Of a DNA stretch of 58,077 bases, positions 51,430-58,077 are shown one piece after another. Where the stretch lies: the IMG/VR virus record IMGVR_UViG_3300036819_000091, positions 1 through 58,077 of that record; one strand, given 5' to 3'. Source of the DNA: a virus (taxonomy: Duplodnaviria > Caudoviricetes). Made by a program: the position numbers and the translations under genes. The notes below the pieces were generated by a model that ran no database searches, was not told the DNA's origin, and saw only the letters and a program-made list of their open reading frames with translations. Positions within the stretch are counted from its first letter, which is position 1; each line of letters opens with the position of its first letter.

Positions 51430-52374
51430 ATGCCGCACATTTACCCCCCGGCGCCGCCGACCCTGAGCGGCGACATCCTGACCATCAGCCGGTTCCTGAA
51501 CGCGCCCGCCCTGGTGCAGCGCCGCCTGCGGACCATCGCGGAGGCCCGGTTCCTGGCCGACTCGATCCTGACGGGCCGGTACGAGACCACGGGCGGCGCG
51601 CTGCTCTACGAGCAGACCGAATCGATCTACACCGCCAAGGCCCCGGAGGCCGTCAACGCGGGCGCAGAGTACCCGCGCTCCCCGGCTGCGCCCGGCCCGG
51701 CCGCGCTGGCGGGCATCACCAAGTGGGGCCAGGACGTGCCCGTGACCGACGAGCACATTCACCGGTACGGGCGGCGGGCGCTCGACATTGCCCTGCTCAA
51801 GATCACTAACTTCCTGGTCAAGCAGGTGGACACCACCGCCATGACCCTCATCGGCGCGGCGGTGCCCGCAGGCAACCAGATCACGCAGGTCGCTAGCTGG
51901 GCCACCCCGGCCAGCTCCAACATCCTGCTCGACCTGATGACCGCGGCAGCCAAGATCGCCAGCTACGACCAGGGGTACGAGGCCGACACCATCATCACCA
52001 CCGACCTTGGCTACGCCCGCATCGTGGCCGACCGGAACATCATCGCGGGCCTGTCCCGCGAGGACGGCACCGTGGTGCCCACGGCCAGCGGGTCGATCCA
52101 GTCCATCGCGGGCATGCGGGTGCTGCCCACGAACAACATCCCGGGGCTGTCGTCGTTCTTCGCGTTCGTGTGCGACAGCAGCATGCTGGGCGGCCTGGCG
52201 TACGAGCGGCTGGAGTCCCCCGAGTACAGCGGTGACCCGGCCAACGGCGTGGAGTCCTGGTCGCGGCGCGACCCCGCGGCGAACGACCAGTGGCTGATCC
52301 GCGGGCGCCGCCCGGTGGTCCCGGTGATCCAGGAGCCCAACGCCATCGCCGCCATCAGCGGCACCACCGGCTGA
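51430..52374 (+). CDS. Major capsid protein
   Basis: 314 aa; 'V..GAEYP..KWG..VTDE' and C-terminal 'P.I.EP.A'; position. Confidence 0.88.
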   Translation: MPHIYPPAPPTLSGDILTISRFLNAPALVQRRLRTIAEARFLADSILTGRYETTGGALLYEQTESIYTAKAPEAVNAGAEYPRSPAAPGPAALAGITKWGQDVPVTDEHIHRYGRRALDIALLKITNFLVKQVDTTAMTLIGAAVPAGNQITQVASWATPASSNILLDLMTAAAKIASYDQGYEADTIITTDLGYARIVADRNIIAGLSREDGTVVPTASGSIQSIAGMRVLPTNNIPGLSSFFAFVCDSSMLGGLAYERLESPEYSGDPANGVESWSRRDPAANDQWLIRGRRPVVPVIQEPNAIAAISGTTG

Positions 52375-52432
52375 CCCCGCCCGGGGCAGGCCAGCACCAG
52401 CAGCGCGAGGACACGCGAGAGAGGGCAGAGAC

Positions 52433-52987
52433 ATGGCCACGATGGATCAGGTGGTGTGGAGCAACTGCAACGTGATGGTGGACGGCGAGCACACGTCGTT
52501 CACGCGCGGGCAGCTTCTCCCCGCCGCCGCCAGCCAGGACGAGCTTGACCAGCGCACCCTGCTGCGGCTGGGCGGGGCGCTGCGCACGGTGGAGGTGGTG
52601 TACACCGCGGAGGAGCTGGCCGAGCAGGCGCAGCAGCGCGGCGAGGCCACCGCCGCGCGTGACGCCGCCTACGACGTGGACCCCACCCTGCCCAGCGGGC
52701 AGCAGATGCCCGGCACCATGGAGCCGGGCCGGCCCACCCTGATGGAGCCCAGCGGCAGCCCGGTGGTGCTGGGCACCGAAGATGACCGGAAGGCCGCGCA
52801 GCGCAGCTCGCGGAGCCGGCCGGGCAGCAAGCCCGCCGACCCCCCCGACAAGGACCCCGGCGCTGCTGCCGCGCGGGCCGGGGGCGTGGGCACCAGCTCC
52901 GGTGCCACCGGGGCCGGCGACGGCAAGGGCACCGGCAGCCCCGACGCCGGCAACTCTGGCAGCGCCAAGCCAGCCGGCAGCAAGTAG
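52433..52987 (+). CDS. Hypothetical virion protein with disordered tail
   Basis: RBS GAGAGGG; follows the major capsid gene. Confidence 0.65.
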   Translation: MATMDQVVWSNCNVMVDGEHTSFTRGQLLPAAASQDELDQRTLLRLGGALRTVEVVYTAEELAEQAQQRGEATAARDAAYDVDPTLPSGQQMPGTMEPGRPTLMEPSGSPVVLGTEDDRKAAQRSSRSRPGSKPADPPDKDPGAAAARAGGVGTSSGATGAGDGKGTGSPDAGNSGSAKPAGSK

Positions 52988-52996
52988 GCGCCTGGC

Positions 52997-53506
52997 ATGA
53001 CAGAGGCGTGGGCGCCCGCCCTGGAAGACGTGGGGCAGCGCATACCGACCCGGACGCGCAACGCGCGCAGCCCCGGCGACGATGCGCTGCTCGGCACGTT
53101 CACGGCGGACACCACGCCCAACGCCGACCAGGCGCAGGCGGTGATCGATAACGCGGTCAACGGGGTGCTGGCACTCTGCGGGCCGATGCCCGCCGCCGCT
53201 GACCCGGCCGGCCCGGTGGTGCGGCAGCAGGCCAGAGACGCAGCCGCGTGGCAGGCCGCCGCCGACATCGAGATTGCCTACCCCAACCGGGACGCTGACG
53301 TGCACGTGGCGCAGCAGCTCCAGGCGCGGGCTAACGCGGCGGTGGCCACCCTGGTGAAGTCGCTGGGCACCAGCGGGGAGGGCGAGGTTGCGCAGTACCC
53401 GGTGTGGTCGGCGCCGGACCCGCCGCCGTGGGCCGACCGTGACCCGGGCGACTTCACGCCGCTGCGCGGCGTGGGGCCGCCGGGGTACTGGACAGGAGGG
53501 CCGTAA
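52997..53506 (+). CDS. Head-tail adaptor
   Basis: 'W.P..DV..RT..GTF..DT.P..Q..I..A'; position. Confidence 0.7.
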   Translation: MTEAWAPALEDVGQRIPTRTRNARSPGDDALLGTFTADTTPNADQAQAVIDNAVNGVLALCGPMPAAADPAGPVVRQQARDAAAWQAAADIEIAYPNRDADVHVAQQLQARANAAVATLVKSLGTSGEGEVAQYPVWSAPDPPPWADRDPGDFTPLRGVGPPGYWTGGP

Positions 53507-53991
53507 TGGCAGGGCAGGACGTGCGGGTGGTCATTGACGACGCGCAGGTGCGGGCGCTGTGCAGTGCCGACAACCCGGCCATTGCCGCGATCATGGACCA
53601 CGCCGCGGCGGTGATCGAGAACGGGCAGAAGGTGCGGTGCCCGGTCAGCCCGGTGTACCCGGTGTACGCCAGCGGCGGCGCCACCGTGGCGGGCGGGCGC
53701 CGCCTGGCGGGCGACTTCCCGCTGCGCCCCAGCGGGTACCTGCGCAGCAGCATCCGGGCCATCCGGCAGCCGGACGGGTCTATCTGGATCGGCCCTACCG
53801 CGGACTACGGCGGCTACGTCAACGACGGCACCGTGCCGCATGTCATCGAGAGCAGCGGGCCGTGGCCGCTGCGCAACCGGGCCACGGGGCAGGTGTTCGG
53901 CCGGGTGGTGCATCACCCGGGCACGCGGGCGGTGCACTTCGTGGAGGACAGCCTGCACGACATAGACGGGGCGGTGTACCACGTTGAGTAG
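53506..53991 (+). CDS. HK97 gp10-like neck protein
   Basis: 'PV..G.LRSSI..Y..YV..GT.PH.I..V.HPGT..F'. Confidence 0.75.
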   Translation: MAGQDVRVVIDDAQVRALCSADNPAIAAIMDHAAAVIENGQKVRCPVSPVYPVYASGGATVAGGRRLAGDFPLRPSGYLRSSIRAIRQPDGSIWIGPTADYGGYVNDGTVPHVIESSGPWPLRNRATGQVFGRVVHHPGTRAVHFVEDSLHDIDGAVYHVE

Positions 53992-54105
53992 CCTCCCCGG
54001 CCCTGAGCTTGATTCTGCGGGCCGCCCGTGCCGGGGCCGCCCGGTTACCCCGGCAGGGCCGTCAGCGGCGACAGGCGTTGCCGCCGCGGCACCGGCAGGC
54101 CGACC

Positions 54106-54543
54106 GTGAGCGCCCGCGCCGACCAGGCCATGCGCGCATGGGTGAACGCCCGGCCGGGCCTTACGGGTCCGGGTAACCCGCTGGCTGCGGGCGCGTTCCT
54201 GCGCAGCCAGCGGTCCCCGGCGTCCGGGGCGTACGCGGTGCTGGCGGCGGGGCCGTCTTTGCGGGCCGGGCTGGCCGCCGAGGACGGCAGCGTGTCCACG
54301 CACCGGCTGACGTTCCTGGTGCACGCGGGCACGCAGGAGGCCTCCGAGGATGCGGTCACGGCGCTGGCCAACGCGGTGCGCACCCTGCGCGGCAACCCGG
54401 AGCCGTGCGGCGACACCGGGGTCATGGTGCTGGTCCACGACAACATGACCGAGCCCGCCGACGTGCCCATGCCCGCCTCCGGGGGCGAGCTGTACGCGTA
54501 CATGATCAGCGCAGATTTCGTGCTCTACCAGCCGCCCGACTAG
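54106..54543 (+). CDS. Tail terminator-like protein
   Basis: Size and position between neck and tail tube genes. Confidence 0.6.
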   Translation: MSARADQAMRAWVNARPGLTGPGNPLAAGAFLRSQRSPASGAYAVLAAGPSLRAGLAAEDGSVSTHRLTFLVHAGTQEASEDAVTALANAVRTLRGNPEPCGDTGVMVLVHDNMTEPADVPMPASGGELYAYMISADFVLYQPPD

Positions 54544-54562
54544 CGAAAGGACCGCAGCCGCC

Positions 54563-55453
54563 ATGACTGCACTTACCCCCGTTACCGCGTCTCGCGCCGC
54601 GGGCCTCGACAACACCGCGGCGGGCACCGTGACGACCAGCGGCGATACGTTCCCCGCCGGGCCTAACACCTACCTGCGGGTGCGGAACACCACCGGGTCG
54701 GCGGTCACCGTGACGGTGAACCCGCCTGCTGCGGGCGGCCCGTCCGGGACGACCATCGCCCCGGTGGTGCTGGCCCCGGCGGTCGCGGCGACCACGGGCG
54801 ACCGCACCTACGGGCCGTTCCCCGCCTACCCGTACGGCGACGCCAACGGCAACATCAACTTCGCGTGCGCGGCCAACGGGGCTGGCATCACCGCGCAGGC
54901 GATTATCTACCCGGGGGCGTGACCCATGGCCGACGACACCACCGCCCCCGCGCCTGCCGTGTCCGCGGCGAGAGGCCAGTGGGTGGACTACGCGGTGGCG
55001 CAGGGTGCCGACCCGGCCGCCGCGGAGGGCATGACCAAGGCGCAGCTCCAGGAGCAGTTCGGGCCGCAGCCAGAGCAGCCGCCCGCGCCGCGGACCCCTG
55101 TCACCGAGGGTGCCGTTGACGACCCCGCCGCCATGCACCAGGACCCGGGGCAGCCGGCCACGCTGACCATGTCGGCGGCGCAGCACGCGGCCATGGTGGC
55201 CGCCGCCGAGAACGCGGGCCCGGCCGAGCCAGAGGCCGACGACCCCGACCCCGACCCGCTGCCGTACGCGTGGGTGGCCGCCGAGGACCTGTACATCGGT
55301 GACCCGCTGGCGTCCGGCGTGATGCGCGCCCGGGCGTTCCGCGCCGGGGACATGGTTCCCCACCAGGACGTGGGCCGGCACGGCTGGCGCCGCCAGGTCC
55401 GGCTGCCCGACGACTACCAGGCCGCACCGGCCGACGACACCAAGGAGCAGTGA
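54563..55453 (+). CDS. Two probable virion proteins (54563-54922, 54926-55453)
   Basis: First is beta-rich ('GD.F..L.V.N..GPFP..Y'); second has a short helical 'W..YA...A..MTK..L' domain. Confidence 0.6.
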
Positions 55454-55456
55454 CAC

Positions 55457-56014
55457 ATGGCACGCGGAAACCCGTCTGCCCTGGCGCTCGGCCCGGGCTA
55501 CCTGTACATCGGCGCGCTGGGCCGCGCCGAGCCCACCGACCTGACCACCGCGTGGGCCACGGTGGACGCCGGGTGGGTGCTGCTGGGCTACACCGACGCG
55601 GGGTCGGAGTTCGATTACAACCTGGCCACCGCCACGGTGGACGTGGCCGAGGAGCTGGACCCCATCAGCAATCAGACCACCGGCCGCACGTCCAGCCTCA
55701 AGTTCGCGGCCAGCCAGGTGACCATCACCAACCTGAAGCTGGCCCTTAACGGCGGGGTGGTCACGGTGGGCAGCGGCGTCACCACGTTTGAGCCGCCGGA
55801 CCTCGGCACCGAAGTGCGGACCATGATCGGCTGGGAGGCCGAAGACCACACCGAGCGGTGGGTGTACCGGCAGTGCTTCCAGACCGGCACGCTGGCCATC
55901 ACCAGGGCCAAGGGCGCCGCGAACGCCACCCTGCCGGTGGAGTTCACGCTGGAGAAGCCCGCCACCGGGTCGCGCCTGTTCAAGGCGATGCTGGCCACCC
56001 CGCTGCGGGCCTGA
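55457..56014 (+). CDS. Major tail (tube) protein
   Basis: 'LGPG.LY..EP..W..LGYT..G..Y..V.EE.DP..T..NL.LA'; precedes the chaperone. Confidence 0.85.
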   Translation: MARGNPSALALGPGYLYIGALGRAEPTDLTTAWATVDAGWVLLGYTDAGSEFDYNLATATVDVAEELDPISNQTTGRTSSLKFAASQVTITNLKLALNGGVVTVGSGVTTFEPPDLGTEVRTMIGWEAEDHTERWVYRQCFQTGTLAITRAKGAANATLPVEFTLEKPATGSRLFKAMLATPLRA

Positions 56015-56065
56015 TCCGTCGTACCCTGGCGGCACAGCAGCCCCACCGGAGAGAGGACACCACGC

Positions 56066-56668
56066 ATGCGCGACTACAGCAGCAAGCCCGCCGCCGCGGC
56101 AGAGGGCGGCGGGCAGCCCCAGCCGCCCGCGGACGAGTACAACCCGCTGGAAGGGGTCACGTTCACGCTCGACGGGGTGACCTTCGAGTGCAAGGGCCGG
56201 GTCAGCATCCTGGACACCAGCGAGCTGGCCGCCGCCGCGGAGGCAGCCATGGACACCACCGACCCGGCGGGCATGGCCATCATCTCCGGTTTCCTCAAGA
56301 CGGCGTTCGGCCCGGTCGAGTACCGGCGGTTCCGGGCGCACCAGCGCGGCCACAGCACCCCGGACGAGACCGTGCTTGACATCATCAGCGGCATCGTTGA
56401 GGAGGTGGAGCTGTCGGTGCAGCGGCTGACCGGCCGCCCTACCCAATCGCCATCGGGCTCCTTGCCTGGGCAGCAGGGCCTGGGCGAGCGCGCGTCAGCC
56501 GTCATCGGCTTGCAGGGTGGGGACGTGTCGATCATCCCCGCTGGCAGGCCGGCGGACCCGGACCTGGCGAAGGAGCGCGACGACCAGCTAGCGGCCAAGA
56601 GGGAAGCGCAGGCCAGCAAGCGGCCGGCGCGGCGGGCGGCGAACGCGCGGATCACCAAGCTGGGCTGA
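56066..56668 (+). CDS. Tail assembly chaperone (short form)
   Basis: Between major tail and tape measure; 'TGRPT' motif. Confidence 0.8.
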   Translation: MRDYSSKPAAAAEGGGQPQPPADEYNPLEGVTFTLDGVTFECKGRVSILDTSELAAAAEAAMDTTDPAGMAIISGFLKTAFGPVEYRRFRAHQRGHSTPDETVLDIISGIVEEVELSVQRLTGRPTQSPSGSLPGQQGLGERASAVIGLQGGDVSIIPAGRPADPDLAKERDDQLAAKREAQASKRPARRAANARITKLG

Positions 56669-56937
56669 CCCCCGCAGATCAGTGCGACATCGCCGAGGCC
56701 GAGCTGGTGGCGTCCCGCACCGAGAACGACCACCTGCGGCTGCTGGCGGTGATAGCGCAGGGGCTGGGCGCCAAGGGCCTGGCTGACTACCAGCCGCCAG
56801 AGGAGACGTGGGAGGAAGCCGTGGAGGACGCGATGGCAGAGGCGGGCCTGGCCGGCCCGGAGCTGCCCGCGTCCGCGGAGGAGCGAGCCGAGCAGGTTAT
56901 CGCGTTCGTGGCCGCCGCCGGGGGCGACCTTGGCTGA
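56431..56937 (+). CDS. Tail assembly chaperone -1 frameshift extension
   Basis: The -1 frame is open from before 56431 to 56937 and reads 'PYPIAIGLLAWAAG...LTPADQCDIAEAEL'. Confidence 0.6.
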   Translation, partial: RPPYPIAIGLLAWAAGPGRARVSRHRLAGWGRVDHPRWQAGGPGPGEGARRPASGQEGSAGQQAAGAAGGERADHQAGLTPADQCDIAEAELVASRTENDHLRLLAVIAQGLGAKGLADYQPPEETWEEAVEDAMAEAGLAGPELPASAEERAEQVIAFVAAAGGDLG

Positions 56938-58077
56938 GATAGCGCAGGCGTTCATCCGGCTGCACCCCGACGACACCGGGTTCGGCCCGGAAGTTGAGGA
57001 GAAGGTCCGCAAGTCCACGCAGGGCACCAAGGCCAAGATCCCCCTGGCCGTAGACGACCAGCAGGCCACCGGGGCGCTCGACCGGCTCAAGGCCCGCCTG
57101 GTGGAGCTGTCCAAGCAGACGTACCGGGCGGGCCTCGACGTTGACGACAAGGCGGCGCAGGCCAGGCTGGCGGCGTTCGCGGTGAAGCTGGGCGACCTTA
57201 ACCGCAAGGTGGTCAACCCGAAGATAAGCGTTGACGGGGTGGTCAAGGCCGAGGCGCAGGTGCTGGCGCTACAGGTGCAGTTCGACAAGCTGAACCGCAG
57301 CCAGGACGGGGTCCGGGCCAGCAGCCTGCGGTTGCAGACGGCGCTCCAGCGGGTGACGCCCGCGTGGACGGGGATGCTTGCCGCGGGGCTGGCGCTGGGG
57401 CCGGCGCTGCTGCCCGTCCTCGCCGCGGTGACCGTGGCCACGCTGGGCATCGGCGCGGCGGCGGTGGCCGGCGGGGCGGCGCTGGGGCTGCTGGCCGCCG
57501 CGGCGACCACGCAGCTCTCTGCGGCCAGCACCGCCGCCAAGGCAGTGACCACCGCGCAGTCCCAGTACCAGGCCACGCTCAAGCAGGTCCACGGGCAGTA
57601 CCTGCTGAACATGGATGCCGCCAAGACAAGCGCCCAGCGCGAGGCGGCCCTGGCCACCGCGCAGAAAGCCACCGGGACCGCGCACCTGGCGCAGCTCAAG
57701 GCCGAGCAGATCGCCTACGCGGGGATGACCCCGCAGCAGATTGCCCTGTCTAAGGCGGTGGGGGCGCTCCAGGGCGCGTGGGACAAGTTCACGTCCTCCG
57801 GGGCGGTCACCACGGTGCTGGAGCGGGGCATCAGCCTGCTGCTGGTGGCCCTGCCGAAGCTGACCCCGCTGCTGAACCTGGGCGCTAACGCGGCGGGCCT
57901 GTTCGTGGGGATCCTCGACCGGTGGGTGCAGGGCGGCGGCCTCGACCGGCTGGTGCGCGGCCTGACGACCCTGGCCGGCGGCACGGCCATACCGGGCCTG
58001 GCGGCCATCGTGCACAACCTGGCTACCGCGTTCGGGGCGCTGGCGCCCAGCATCACCCGGTTCACGGGCGGGGCCGT
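56930..58077 (+). CDS. Tape measure protein, N-terminal part (absent from the ORF track; runs off the window)
   Basis: TTG start overlapping the upstream stop; 'MAEIAQAFIRLHPDDTGFGPEVEEKV', then Ala/Leu/Gly-rich helical sequence. Confidence 0.88.
   Translation, partial: MAEIAQAFIRLHPDDTGFGPEVEEKVRKSTQGTKAKIPLAVDDQQATGALDRLKARLVELSKQTYRAGLDVDDKAAQARLAAFAVKLGDLNRKVVNPKISVDGVVKAEAQVLALQVQFDKLNRSQDGVRASSLRLQTALQRVTPAWTGMLAAGLALGPALLPVLAAVTVATLGIGAAAVAGGAALGLLAAAATTQLSAASTAAKAVTTAQSQYQATLKQVHGQYLLNMDAAKTSAQREAALATAQKATGTAHLAQLKAEQIAYAGMTPQQIALSKAVGALQGAWDKFTSSGAVTTVLERGISLLLVALPKLTPLLNLGANAAGLFVGILDRWVQGGGLDRLVRGLTTLAGGTAIPGLAAIVHNLATAFGALAPSITRFTGGA

Larger units (their letters stand above)
1..58077. 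mobile_element. Actinobacterial tailed phage or prophage (siphovirus-type), partial
   Basis: Ordered TerL-portal-protease-capsid-tail-TAC-tape measure module; RecET; many ATGA/GTGA-coupled small ORFs; Lsr2 and WhiA-type HTH point to an actinobacterial host. Confidence 0.95.

Noticed and set aside
56074-57699. 541-aa minus-strand ORF
   Set aside because: Antisense to the chaperone and tape measure genes

Overview
This window is a contiguous part of a very high-GC (about 75% by eye, not computed) actinobacterial siphovirus or prophage. Both ends are truncated, and no integrase, lysin or CRISPR array is visible. Layout: (i) 1-2211, rightward accessory genes including two secreted proteins; (ii) 2336-21974, a leftward arm of about 40 mostly small, translationally coupled genes (DUF2637, two HNH proteins, a secreted GH43-like propeller, a stand-alone WhiA-type HTH, RecT, YqaJ exonuclease, Lsr2); (iii) 22311-33156, rightward replication genes (initiator with internal repeats, DnaB-N/AAA helicase, RusA, DUF932) ending in a coupled DNA-hypermodification operon (ParB-N, TET-associated glycosyltransferase, radical SAM/twitch, TET/JBP dioxygenase); (iv) 35470-58077, packaging and virion genes from TerS and TerL through portal, protease/scaffold, capsid, tail, chaperone and the start of the tape measure. 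The best candidate for a new system is the TET + glycosyltransferase + radical SAM cluster, which has no adjacent methyltransferase and may make a further-elaborated base-J-like nucleotide. Two repeated regulatory motifs, a strand-skew flip inside terS and apparent restriction-site avoidance are also visible. All family assignments come from recognising motifs by eye, not from database searches.
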